DNA of 64,000 bases from Styela clava (Eukaryota): the NCBI RefSeq assembly GCF_964204865.1, contig NC_135260.1:14012001-14076000 (forward strand). The letters run 5' to 3'. Shown here in pieces: positions 51,251 through 64,000 of this stretch. Both the position numbers and the translations under genes were made by a program. Position 1 is the first letter of the stretch. The number at the start of each line of letters is the position of its first letter. The notes beneath the pieces are model-generated. The model saw only the letters and a list, made by a program, of their open reading frames with translations. It was not told the origin of the DNA and did not search any database.

Positions 51251-52918
51251 AGACTATACAATAAAATCAAACAACACAGCCATTTTAAACAAAACAGGCA
51301 AAAAATTTGATTTAAAACATTCGTTTTAAAACAATTCTTTTTAAACAAATTCCTAGCATATTCGTAATTCTATTTTGTTCATACTACCTTTCATTTTTTG
51401 AATATTACTGAAATTCTTTTTCGCGTATGTTACAAAAACATTTTGTTCAAATTGTGTGTTATCCAATGCCTCAAACTCGAATATTCTAATCTAACGTATT
51501 CGTGGTTGATTGAACAAGCAATTTATTTGTCGCATATCTAACTTATATTATTTTTGCTTTCTCTGTTACTCATAAGGCGCGTAAATGTTAAATTGAAGAT
51601 AAACATCGAAAAGACAAATTACTCATTGGGTTTCTAATTTGAATCTAATATTAAGTTACGATGATGCCCTGAACTTGACTCATCAACAAAAAACATTGCT
51701 CTTATGTTGTATACATTTGTATTGATATAAAATTCAATAATGAGAAACTCTTTTGTTTACAAAAAATCTGAAAATGGCAATGTTATCGTAATTCAAATTT
51801 AAAAAAAAATCACGTGAAATGCATAGCAAACAAGTTTGTCACAACCAACAACAAAATTTAATCACATCGGAATTATGTGTAATTAACTAAAAGGTTAGGT
51901 AAAATTCACATTTTTGTCATCGAAATCATGACATTCCATGCAAATCGAAAATCTCCTTTAAAAACGTTCCAACTCTTTACCTGAAGAGCTACAAAATTTC
52001 CAGAAAATCTTCAAAATTTGATTGTCTGCTCGTCGTCGGATTTGCTTTGGGAAAGCATCGTATAAATATTATAGCGGCTAGCTATGCCATCTGGATATAT
52101 AATGATGTTTACAAACTAAAGGCCGAGTAAAATAGTTCTTGTAAATCGTAACCCTGCCAGCGCAACAACAACGATATCGACTAACAGCTGATGCAGTATC
52201 AAGATATTTCAATGGGCGATGCAGCTTTTTCTGTTTGCTGATCTATAAGTTGCTACGTTATTTCAGTTATATAAGGTAAATTACATCAATAAAACCTAGT
52301 CATCTTTGACAAGATAAAATTTGTTTCTCACTAATATCATACATATATAATTTATGGATATCAGCACTGATTTTTCAAATTGTCTGTAAAAACTGTCATA
52401 TCAGACTTGCTTTTATTTACTCTAAAATTATATTTCTATTCTACCAGCTCATGTATGTCGCAACAAAGTAGAATTTACATCAAGTTTTTAAAGAAATTAT
52501 CAATTGTTGTTGTTCCACATTTAGATTTTACATAATAAGCCTTATCGAAAATAAAACTCAATCAATCTATATACAAAATGTCAGTTTTCGTCATTTTTGC
52601 GGATTCATCTACCGTTGTAGCAAACTCAATATGCAATGTTTGTTGGAAGTTCATGAAAAAAAGTAACCGGGAAATTGTATAACCAAGAAAGAAAAAGGTG
52701 TCAAATTTAATATTCAGTCTAAAACGTCCTATTACGTCACCACGCAATTGCTCAGGAATAAAAATGCAAATGCAAGAGGAAATAATAAAATTAGGGGCTA
52801 ATAAGATAATACTTGGAGGTCATTTCTGTAAAATATTGAATCACCATTGATATTCTCAATCCAACAGAAATAAAAAGATTAGAAATAAAACAGATAAAAG
52901 CTCTGAGCAATATTAATA

Positions 52919-54571
52919 CAACAAGAGAGCAATGTTTAATTCTATGGACACGAAATTCGCGCATTGGTACCAGTAAGCCTCAGTTGGTAAACAAGTTTGC
53001 TAAAAATATCCACGGACAGGCGGGTGGAAATAAATTGTTTTGATGAAATAAAATAAAAGGTAAATTATTTGATAAAATATCGGACCCTATAGGATTCAAG
53101 TGACACATAAAAAGCCAGGCACCACTGGAGCGACAGTAGACGACCAAGTGGTTTGCGCAGATAGAAAGTCACCGATGTTACTATTTTTTGGCTTGCATAT
53201 CCCCCACATGGATACCCATGGCTTATTTGCATCTCAATTTCTCATCTTTTCATATTTAAATTATATTGTCAGACGAAGCCTGACTTTGGCAGGACGAAAC
53301 GTTAGGAAAAAATTGACTAAATGTGCAGCAACGCTATTAAATTACCTCCAATAGCGCGCGTTATATTGATGAAATATATATTTTAAACATAAAAAAATAA
53401 TGTTATTAAAACAGATAATCCGTTTTGGGTTTAGATACTGTAAATTTGCGCATTTTGGGTATTAGCGTGCCAATATAGTCAAATTTACTGGGTTTGCTTG
53501 AAAATAAGTTTCTACATAAAATTCGTTGTGGCACCACAAAAGTTTTATGCAAAAATAGTCATTGAGAACTTATGACACAATATAATTTGATATTGATTTT
53601 TTTCTTTCTATAAAGATTCAATATGCTCTTTTGTATTTAATATCACGTCTTACCAACATAATTTGTGCGCAAATTTATATATCTTTTGTATAATCAGTTT
53701 TCTGCAACTACGCTGTTTTTAAGTGTGATGGCTTAAACTAAACTTGGGATCGATGTTGATGGCGTTTAGCATTCCATGACACCCTGCCACTCTTGGTATA
53801 GATCTTGGGCGTCACTCTGGATTTCACTATTATTTAATTTCATGGTCTTTTGCGCAATTATGCAAGTGCAATCTGAAATATTCATGAGATTTTGGTGACA
53901 ACGACTTGGCAATTTTAAGCGGAATCATGAATATTTAGGTTTATTTTGGCATCCAGTTACTTCATCCTCAATATCGACCGTTTCGACTCCCAAATCTTTT
54001 ACTAATCAGATTGACAAAACCTCAAAAGCGTTATCAAATCCCATTAAAACGGTAGTGGTGCAAGAAATTGAAACAAGTTATCATAGATCTTACGAATTAT
54101 TGTCAGCATCATCATTTCGCGCGTTGATTAATCAGCGAACAAATTAATAAACTATTTTATATGAAATTCCGAAAATTTTACTAATTGTCCTCAGCCATCT
54201 TTAAGTGCCACACTTCAAAAACAATGCCACCAGTAAATCACATGCCATTCGAAGAATGGGAAATTAAATATAATAATAATAAATATATAATTAGTACCGC
54301 TTCAAAAACTTTCGCCTGCCCGCTGACATGCCGTCGCGAAACCGTTACAAGTAATTGTTATTTTTTATTTTGTTGACGTCACCACACAAAACGTCAAAGG
54401 GAAAAACAAATCCCACGAAGCTCACAGAAATTTGGAAAATATAAATATCAAAGTGATAGCCCCCTAGCGACAACAACAATATTTAACCGCTGAACATTTC
54501 AACGCGATTGGTCCAGCAGTTGACGAGAAAACAACAATACGATTATGCATCGGTTCACTTCTTGTCCAATT
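52919..54571 (-). mobile_element. Helentron-associated (HINE-like) element ends enclosing ~1.4 kb of other repeats
   Basis: End motif ACAAGAGAGCAATGTTTAATTCTATGGACACG at ~52921; body and other end (CACAGAAATTTGGAAA...GATTGGTCCAG...TTCACTTCTTGTCCAATTA) at ~54375-54571, homologous to 60033-60316. Whether this is one element or two fragments is uncertain. Confidence 0.45.
53265..53310 (+). ncRNA. Degenerate hammerhead-ribozyme-like motif (Penelope pLTR relic)
   Basis: CAGACGAAG-CCTG-ACTTTGG-CAGG-A-CGAAACGTT has the same layout as 57375-57430 but core CUGA->CAGA. Confidence 0.45.
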
Positions 54572-55899
54572 ACCACGGTAATATTACTGCTATTTTGTTA
54601 CTTACGCTCGTACTGTCGCAAATAATGTCTCATTGATAGTGGGCCGATGCGTTGGCGACAGATACAGGCACCATGATCAGAGAAACATGATTATGCATTT
54701 AAATGTAAATTGGTCTCTTATGATGTTCGTGTATGTAATCAAGTGATAACTTTAACATAGATTGCAAATGAATTTGAGATGACTTGCCACGCATGACGAT
54801 AGTTTTTAACCACATATTTATCCAATGTTACGTGAGATAGAAACATTCGAGGAGTGAAATTTTAGGCAGGCTCAGTCAAATACAAATTGTTTGATACCTG
54901 ATATAATCAACATCAAAACCGTGCTGTATTCCATTGGCGACTATGGAAGCAAAAGGGTGATTGACATAACTTAAAACTTTTGGCCTCGTCTCATCACTGT
55001 ATAAGTACACAAATCATTACTCCCTGATCAGTGTAGCCGCATGAACTTTCAAACACGAAGACAATATTTGCATAGTCGGAGTGTGGTTAGTCTTGTATTC
55101 GACTGATTCCGGACATATAATACAAGCAGTCAACATATATTTTATCCCTAACGCCAGAGGTATCTGTCATAGTAGGGTTGCAAATTACGATTTTCTCCAA
55201 TCTATGTTATAGAATGAATAAAACAACCAATTTGAGAATTGGCTTTTAATTTGTTCCTCTTCTTCCGTGTCCATTTCCCGATGATATTTTAAATATCGGA
55301 AAAATGCAAAATTCAATTTTAAAATGCATCCTTTCTGAATTTAGGCTTTGTCGTTAAAGTGAATGTTGCCACCAGAATCTATATTTTGATAAAAATCATT
55401 TTGATTAGAGAACATACCGAATAGAAGATTCGCACATAATATAAAGTATATATTTATATATGTAGCCTATGTCTGTAGATAATCTCATTTTTACAAATCA
55501 TTTCTCTCTCGGATCGGTCGTGTTATATGCTGAATAATTTTAAATTCACATGTAGTGCTATTTGGATATTCTTATCAGATATCACCTTGATCGATTTCTG
55601 TCATGTATTTATTTCCAAAATTTTTGTGGGCTCTATAGGATTCGTGTTTTGTGTGTGATAACGTCATAAAAATTGATAACTGCGCATCTTATTGTGGTTC
55701 CGCGTTCACGATCCGTGCGATTATGGGGATCAGTCGAAGTCTGAAAGACTGCGGTAGCGTATCGTACAGTACGGTACCGGTACTATAAAAAATCAATTAC
55801 CCGTACTGATTCGTTCAATATATTTGAGCATTGCTCTCATGTTTTAACGTAGCAATTCTATCATAAATCAACAATAAAAATGATTATAATCTATGTGAA

Positions 55900-57470
55900 A
55901 CATCGTCCGTTCACGAACTCAAACAACAATATTTTCATGGCCGATATGGAATTCAATTTATTAGAGAAAACCTCTTTCAAACCGAAGTATTATTGCCGCT
56001 TTATTGACAACTGTTTCATGATTTGGACGCATGGTAAAGAAAAACTTTTAGAATTTGTTACCCTGGCAGATTCATTACATCCGACCATCGAGTTTACTTC
56101 CGAATACTCACCAAATAGTATCACGTTTTTGAATGTCAAAGGTCACATCAATAAAGACAAATTAGAGACTGAAATTTTTAGCAAAGACACAGATTCACAT
56201 CAAAACCTTTCCCCAACTTCGTGTCATCCTAATCATAATACAAAAAATATTCCCAAAAGCCATTTCATCAGAAGAAGAAGAGCTTGTTCAACTAACGAAT
56301 TTTTCGACAAGCATGCTAAAAGAATGCAGCGATATCTTATGAAGAGAAATTATAAAGAAAAATTAATTGACAATGCTATCCAGTTTGTAAAAGAATTAGA
56401 CAGACAACTACTTTTAACTCCCAACACGGAAAGTAAAAATGAAACATTGCTCCCTTTTATTACAGCCTATCACCCAACCTTACCAAATGTTCGGAAAATC
56501 TGTTCCGATTATCAGTACATTTTAATTAAACAATAACGAGAGATTGAAAGAAATTTTTCCAAATCCACCCAAATTAGCTCACCGAAAATGACCTACACTC
56601 AGAGATAGGTTAGTCAGAGCCAAATTCACCTGTCAGCAACAATCCAGTTTTTTTTTTCAAATGTGGAAGACAGTCATGCAGTACCTGCGAACATTCTGAA
56701 GAAACTAAGGTAGCGACAAACAAACACAAAACTATTCAACTAAAAATTAATCAAAAAATAACTGGATACGAAAAACGTCGTCTTGTGGCAGTACATTGGC
56801 GAATGCAGTACATTGGCGAAACAGTGAGGCATCTGAAATATCGGATCTCGGAACATATTAGAAGTATAAAATCGAAAAAAACAGAACGTGGTCGTCGGTG
56901 CTCGTTTTAACCAACCTGGACCTTGACTTAGAGACTTCAATGCAATTGGAATTGAAAAACTATTTCAAGACCACATTTACCGAAAAACTAAATAATCGTT
57001 TTTCATTCACCTACTTGGAACGCATAAACCATTGGGAATAAACATTAAAGAAGTTTAGGGCATTTTGGAATATTTTATACACTGTTTTTTTTTATGTATT
57101 TCATTTTTAAATTTAGTGCAGTAAATTAATTATACAATCACCAATTTCATTGATTTTTCAAATCCCATTGTTGTGATTTTGTTATGTTGCCATGGCACCC
57201 ATTGTATAAATGTGCATGAAATTTTCATGTTTTCAATTTTTTAACTTAATGCTGTTTATTGATTTTACAATCACTTGCATGAATTCGTTAACTCACATTG
57301 TTATGATCTTGTTTTGTTGTCATGGCACCCATTGTATAAATGTGCTTGCAATTTCTATTCTTGCTTTAGTTGAAATATGTTTGTCTGAGGAAGTTTGAAC
57401 TTGGTCAGACGAAACGTTGCAAAAATATATTTGTGTTGGTCTGCAGCAAAACTATTTATTGGATTACTCA
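55900..57470 (+). mobile_element. Penelope-like element: 5'-truncated RT, thumb, GIY-YIG endonuclease remnant and pseudo-LTR
   Basis: ORF 55880-56536 NIFMADME...YCRFIDNCFMIW...HPTIEFTSE...ITFLNV...SCHP...KNIPKS...PFITAYHP; downstream QYIGETVRHLKYRISEHIRSIK (56806-) and HLLGTHKPLGIN (57008-); stops and frameshifts; hammerhead in the 3' region. Confidence 0.9.
57375..57430 (+). ncRNA. Minimal type I hammerhead ribozyme in the Penelope pseudo-LTR
   Basis: Core CTGAGGA(A), stem II GTTTGA/TCAGAC, GAAAC, palindromic AACGTT stem III, stem I ATATGTTTGT/GCAAAAATAT. Confidence 0.75.
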
Positions 57471-58867
57471 ACAATTATAATATTAATAATAACAACGATA
57501 ACATCGATAATTGTTGACGCAGAGCAATAATTTAATTTTATTATATGCAGAGAATTTCTCGTGGAATCAAATCAAATATCGTCAGGCTAATAACCGAATT
57601 GCGCAAGTTTTTTTGTACAATAGTTATTTATGAAATGCTGCGCACCCGGCCGTTAATTCAGATTTTATCTCAAGGATTTCGAAACGTAAAAAAATGGAGA
57701 TTTATGTGACATGCACAATATTGCAATTGTTCAGTCATAATAATTTCCACGAGACCATTGCGACATCACGAAAGCAAAATAACATCGGCGAAGTATTTTC
57801 CTAGTTTTTGCATCATAGATTATAGCTTAATGTTTATGAATTTGAATTTACATTACGGTATAGAAAAATGGGCACTTGTAATATTCACTTTCTGAGTCCA
57901 ATTCATGTTGGTTGGCTTTTATTTAAGAATTCATTGACTTTTTATATTATTTTTTGTATTTACTATGTATGGAAAGCCTTATTTTTGGTGGGTCTGCAGA
58001 GCGCGTTATAATGATTAAATATATATTTTAAACATAAAAATATAAGGTTATTAAACCAGATTAGACTGTTTGTTTGGACATCGTATAAATAATCTAAATT
58101 GCTTACGTTTTTTGAATGATGGATATAATCAAGTTGCAAAATTGCGTATGTCTCTAAGTCATAAGCACATTTCTGCGTTAGTACCAGCGCCATAATTACC
58201 TCACATACATACATCATGCAAATTAATTTAACATTCGGATACAACTAAAAAATTAAACTATGGGAAATTATTTTCTTTCAATGGCATAACATTAAGAAGT
58301 TTTTCTACGTTTATCTCAGAATTGCTAAATATGACTTACGTAATTCGGTAATTAACGTGAAGGTATGTCAAATTTCACAGTGTTTTCTCGAAAATAAATT
58401 CCTATATAAAAAGTTTTATGCAAAAATAGTCATTGAGAACTTATGACACATTATATTTGATATTGATTTTTTTCTTCCTATACATATTTAATATACTTAG
58501 CATTTTACATATACCTCATTTTTAATGATTATTTTAATATAATTTACTTTCGGCGACGGCGTTTTTAATGTTCAAGTCTTTCATGTTCTTGTGGATGAAC
58601 AAGATAAAAAAATGTACCTCGGGCTAGCGTGCTAGATCTTAGCGCTGTGATACACAGGTGACAACTGATTTTTTATGCGTAAATACACAATTATGGAGGC
58701 CGTGACTAGCACGATGCTATCGAATTTGCGGTAGCCAAACTCAACCGTCCACTCTGATAAATTCTATATCAATCAATTGCACAAATTTTTCATTAAATCA
58801 GGTACTCGCGTCGATGTCTGTATAAAGTAGCTATTTTTACATCCCACGAAATAGACAAAATATTAGA

Positions 58868-61800
58868 ATGGAAAGGAACAGAAATGAAACTGAAGCATCC
58901 GTCGTACGTAATCATTTCTTCGGATATTTACTTGGAGTGTTTTTGAGATATTCATCATACAGTGCAATATTGAATCTACAGTCGAGTATTAATATAGAAG
59001 ATGGATTAGGTGAGATTGTAATTGTGTAATTTAGTATTAGTGCTATAACTATCTTAATAGTTTATAAATGAAAAAAAAATCTGTTTCATGGCGAGATTCA
59101 ATGTCAGTTTCAAGCGTATTGCATATCATGTATCATTGAACGTACGCCCAACGTGGGAATCCTGCAAGTAAAAAGATTTTTTAATGTTTTTGCAACCCTT
59201 AATAATGCAAAATGAAAAAGAGAGAATAGTAAGTAGGAAATACAAGGCAGACTTGTTGATTAGATTTTCCTATTAAATGCCCCCCAACCCCGGGTGGGTC
59301 ACTGCGAAACAGTTTGCAATAAAACTAATATCAGTCCTTGAATTATTGTTATCGACATATTGGAAAGGCAAATATATTTGACACACAATTCGCAACCGCC
59401 CCCTTCCGGATATATCACAAATCGATCATTTTCGCTTTAATACCCTATAAAAACTGTTTCGGAACACTTTTACGGGTATAACGTTTCTGGACCGCTTTTC
59501 CTTAACCTTTGCGTCATAGCTATTCACATGATACATATCTGCTTGGTCTGACAAAAAATACTTAATCACTCTCCAAATGTTTACAATCGATAATTGACGT
59601 ATATATACGATATTTACTAACCAATTTTTTTTAGCTAGTATTTCATTATTTCATCGTCAAATGGAATGAAATTTAAATTTGTAATCAATATAATTGATTT
59701 ATTCAACATAGCCAATTGAACATGCGTTTACTTTTTTACCCGATTCGTTTTTATTTATAAAGAAATGACCATTTCAAATCGGAGCATATCTATCGAAATT
59801 AATTATTATTAGGTTATTGAACACGTAGTGGACATAGCGATCGTTTCAGTATTATGTTGTTGTTCTTTGTGTCCGACCGTACTGCTTCGCGGACACCATT
59901 TTGTGTCCGACTGTACTGCTTCGCTTAGTGTGAATATATTTGTAGACTGTGATCTAACGGTACGGTGAACTGTACTGTACTGCGAACAGACGTGTCCATA
60001 TATTTGGGCGTAGCTCTCTTGTTTTCATACAAAACAAGAGAGCGGTGCTCAAATATATGTATACGTCACAAGGTGTCGCTATTTTTTATTCTGACACATA
60101 AAAAACAAATCTCTTGAAGTCCACAGAAATTTTTGAAATAAGTAAAAATAATAGCCTTCTGGCAAAAAAATCAATCTCTGACCACTGAAAATTTCAAAGC
60201 AATTGGTCCAGTATTCGAAGAGAAAAGCGATTTCATCATGACGAAAGAGAAGAAGACTAACAAGAACAACAACTTAATATTGAAACGATCGTTATGTACA
60301 CTGACGTGTCCAATAAAGTCTTAGAGAATTTTTTATAAACAATTTTTGCATTTATAAAGTGCACAATCAGTATAACGCTGCAGTAGACCAATTAGGTAAC
60401 CAACTGTTTATTAAACATAGTTTAATAACGGTTTTTCAGGTACGGTTTCTTTGTCTGCCTCATACATATCCTGCAATATATTTCTTGTATTTTTTACCAC
60501 AATACTTTTGAGAAAATTTGGAGCGAAGAAATGTTTAATAGCAAGTGAAGTCACCTACATAATTTACATTCTTGCTAATCTCTATCCCGGTAAGTGTATT
60601 ATGTCATTGCATTTATAAGTTCTGAAGTCTTTTTTAGTTGGCATTAATCATAACGATTCGAAGCAATTTGATTCTAATCCTTTTATTGTGCTACTAATTT
60701 TACTCCGACTTTTGCTGTCGACTTTTTGGATCCATTGGTGTGGTATTATGGAAGGTGGTGCAGAGGTGATTGTTTTCTTTTTTATTATTCTTATCACTGC
60801 TAGTTCCCGCTGCACGCAGCAATATTTGAAAGCAAAGAGTTGTTTTGATGCCTTCACATTTGACTAGACATAAAATAAGTACGCCGTAACCTGATGTTTG
60901 TATAGCATATAAATACAATTATTTTTAAAAATCCGGATGGATAAATTAAAGATTTTTGGAACATGCTCGGATAAATTTTATGATATAGTGTTTTCATTTG
61001 AACTTTAAGAATTTTACACACTGATACCAGCAGCAATTCTAGTTGGAGCTGGCGAAGCAACAATATGGTCATCGATGACATTAATCAATTTCTATTTTGC
61101 CACAAAATATGCGACTCTAAAAAAACACGAATATAAAGAAAACGATTTTTTCGTCAATCTTTACTCGGGATACTTTTTCACCTGTATTCAGTTTTGCCAG
61201 GTAACTAGATATAAGTGAGATGTGAATAAAATCATTAAATTACGACAAAAAGCATTATGCCTTCAACGCTATTTCACATTTTCAGATATTTGGCAACCTC
61301 GTTGTCTATGCGGTGCTCTACGCATTCAGTGATTCTAAGGCAAACACCACACAAAACACTGAAAACAATTTCACAACTACTCAATCGTATTCGGATGCCG
61401 ACAAAATGATGTTTTGTGGATCCAATGATTGCCAAGATAGCACGGCGATCGACGAGTCTTTGAGACAATACGTTCCCACAAGAAATGTTTCTTCAATCAT
61501 ACTCATAACCATTTTATTATTTATGTGTTCCACATCTATGATTTGCCACTGGTATTTTATATCTGAAGATGTTACTGTTGTAATTATAAGCAAAGTTACA
61601 GGTAATGAAATATCCGAAACTACTGAAAATTATGTAAATTTGGCCTTCGAAGTGCAGGCGGATGAAATACACAAAGATTCAAGTGAACCGAAGGATAGTG
61701 ATGTGGACATTGATAATAATAAAAAAAGGTCCAATGTCCCCGAATCTAACTCAAACTCTTGTGCCAAAGACACAAACAAGGAAGAAATATTCTTAGAGGT

Positions 61801-64000
61801 TTATATCGTACTTTCTAACTTAATATTTAGGCAAAATGCAGTAGCATAGCATCAACTTCTTTAAAATGGTCTCAATGAGATTTTATTTTATTATTTTCAA
61901 TTTTATAAGGTGCAGACTTTGCATGTAATGAAACGCAGACTGATGCCACTCTAAGCCTGAAAAATAACTTAGTCGTCCTTTCATCTATCTTAGCTTAAAT
62001 CAGTTTCAAATTCTCTAGAAAGACTCCGGAAATTATGGTAGGTCGTATTCACTGTTCGAAAATTTCAACCTAAATTTCCTGTTAGCTTTTGTCATGTACA
62101 TTGTGAAAATTACCTTAATTATTTTCAATTTTGGTTTTGGGTAAACGGGGTAGGTAGAGGAATTCCCCAAAATCGATTTTCTTATTATAAAATCATAAAA
62201 TTATAACGCAGTCTGGTGCTACTCTTTAGTACTTTTGATATTCCAGAGATGTGCTTCATGCATTCTATTTATATGAAACTTTGAAGATATTAATACAAAC
62301 CCATTTTTATTAACTTTTTAGCGAATAAAAATATTTAAATTAATAAAAAAAAAAATTTCCTAAATTTTTAACTATAGTCCAAGTTGATTCCACGAATAGG
62401 CCCACATATGTAGCCACCCATTGTTGAGTCATTGTAATGTCATTAGTAAAGGACGTTTACAATTCAATTATGCCTCGATTTTATGTAAAAAAGGCAAATT
62501 TCAAATGTAACATGGACATCAATATTTTGCGGGGAGGAGTTGATGAGTCCCATTTAATGACGCCCGTACCGCTGAAAAGTTCAATCACCAAGTAACGAAA
62601 AAGGCGTCAAAATGAACTTTACTTTCCAGAAAGAATGAACTTATTCAGGCCATTTTTGTCAATTTTGGGGTTTAACCAATTAGAAAATAATAATTAAGAG
62701 CGCGTAACAAGAATTGTGTTACACAGTTTACTGACTGGCACAATTTGAACTTTTTAATAAGTTCCATTAGGTTTTAACAAGTTTAGTGATTTTAATGAGT
62801 ATAAATACCGTAATGATGAGATGATTGGAACTGGATAATCACAAAAGTAACAGTCATATTTGCATCTTTGCAACATTTACGTGTTCCCTGTTTCCAGTCA
62901 TCAACTTTCCTCATTTGTGCAATATTAATAAACAAAGTATTGTCTCTTTATTTAGGAAACAGAGGAAACATTTGGAGGTGCTTATTTGAAGTCTTTGAAG
63001 GATTTGGGAAAACACACGATAAAGGCCACGCAGTTGTTATTGATACCGATAACATTGTACTTGGGTCTGTTGGAGGTATACGTTTTTTCAGAGTTAACGA
63101 GGGCATTTTCTTCGTGCGTTGTTGGTGTAGAAATGGTACGTTTATATATAGTTCTTCACGATAAGCAAGTACATCATTTTACGTTAACAATTTGACACTC
63201 TCTTTCACAGGTAGGAATACATATGGCAACTTACGGGTTTTCTGATGCCGTTTTATCTTACGTCGTTGGGAAAGTCAGGATGAAAATTGGTCGAATTCCA
63301 TTTATTGTATTTTCAATGGTTGTTGACTTTGGGAGTTATGCATACTGTCTTTGGTGGGACCCAAATCTCGAATCAGCATGGTCAATCTTCATAATATATT
63401 TTGCTTTCGGAGTAACGGATGGAATATGGCAAACATTGACAAATGGTATGTCGTACGCGATAACGTTTTATATGTGAAAAATTATCTAATTGGGGATACA
63501 GTTAACTGCATTTATCAAATTTATTTGGATATAGCCTGGTTATTTCTAGAAACTTGACTTTTGAGGAGTGTTTATTGATGTTCATATATTATCAAATACC
63601 TTCATATTACAACCAATGCTAATTCAATCAGCCAAAGCTCAGGTTATCACTTTGAGATTTTGTTTCATGATATTTACGACGTAACAGTATTATCAAGGTA
63701 AGACGAATCATCTGAATTTGAATATTCCCTAATATATACAAGAGAAACAATAGCAATGTGGATAATACCTGATTTGATGTTGGATGTATTTTTGACACCA
63801 GTGAAAATATATGGAATTTTACTTTTGACATTTTTGTTGTTTCAGTACTGTACCTGGAATATTTCGAAGGAAATCACGATGTTGCAGTTACAAGCTGGGT
63901 TTTATGGTCAACCTTGGGCTATGCTTTACAATATGGATGGAGTACGAAGCTCTGTGTATACGTTAAAATTTATATCCAGGTCGGAACGCTTATTTTAGGA
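58868..64000 (+). CDS. UNC93A: UNC93A-like major-facilitator membrane protein, 3'-incomplete; exons 58868-59009, 60440-60589, 61010-61200, 61286-61798, 62956-63135, 63211-63445, 63846->64000
   Basis: Spliced translation contains UNC-93 family motifs NLQSSINIEDGLGTVSL, ILANLYP-EFYTLIPAAILVGAGEATIW, QIFGNL, FCGSNDC, QLLLIPITLY...TRAFSSCVVG, FGVTDGIWQTLTN, LCVYVKIYI; all introns are GT-AG with consistent phases. Orthology to UNC93A versus a lineage paralog is not established. Confidence 0.9.
59814..60023 (+). mobile_element. Helentron-associated (DINE-1/HINE-like) element
   Basis: Starts TTATTGAACACGTAGTGGACATA; internal tandem duplicate TTTGTGTCCGACYGTACTGCTTCGC x2 and TACTG/TACGG microrepeats; ends with subTIR GTGTCCAT, stem-loop GGGC-GTA-GCTC and TCTTGTT. 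Confidence 0.7.
60033..60316 (-). mobile_element. Helentron-associated (DINE-1/HINE-like) element, inverted relative to its neighbour
   Basis: AACAAGA + GAGC-GGT-GCTC stem-loop + AAATATATG at one end; imperfect hairpin TGTACAC-TGAC-GTGTCCA-ATAA at the other. Confidence 0.7.

Noticed and set aside
53539-53612. ~70-bp sequence repeated at 58410-58482
   Set aside because: Fragment of a dispersed repeat with no definable ends or class.
53741-53840. DLGVTLD-like L2/CR1 RT motif
   Set aside because: Single short frameshifted motif; not enough to define an element.
60648-61081. Minus-strand ORFs nested in UNC93-like intron 2 and exon 3
   Set aside because: Short, no recognisable motifs or splice structure, partly antisense to a real exon.
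63890-63910. Apparent frameshift in the last UNC93-like exon
   Set aside because: Recounting the T run gives AGC TGG GTT TTA TGG TCA; the frame is intact (TSWVLWSTLGYALQYGW...).

Overview
AT-rich, intron-containing eukaryotic (animal) DNA; the 7TM protein family present suggests an ascidian tunicate, which is my inference. Three spliced genes are well supported: a 2-exon uncharacterised 252-aa gene (17424-18577, +), a 3-exon 598-aa orphan 7TM/GPCR-like gene (47469-44671, -) and a UNC93A-like MFS gene of at least 7 exons that runs off the right end (58868->64000, +). The dominant structure is a ~17.9-kb tandem array (20504-38388) of seven ~2.3-2.5-kb units plus one internally deleted unit. Each full unit carries a candidate 2-exon gene for a basic ~153-aa orphan protein and a DINE-1/Helentron-type non-autonomous element. 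The array sits between a truncated pogo-like transposase and a truncated BEL/Pao element. Other mobile DNA includes a young non-autonomous LTR element with atypical TA...TA ends, a 5'-truncated RTE LINE, a Penelope-like element with a hammerhead ribozyme, several hAT and Tc1/mariner MITEs and further Helentron-associated elements. Several decayed coding-like stretches lie in the first 12 kb.
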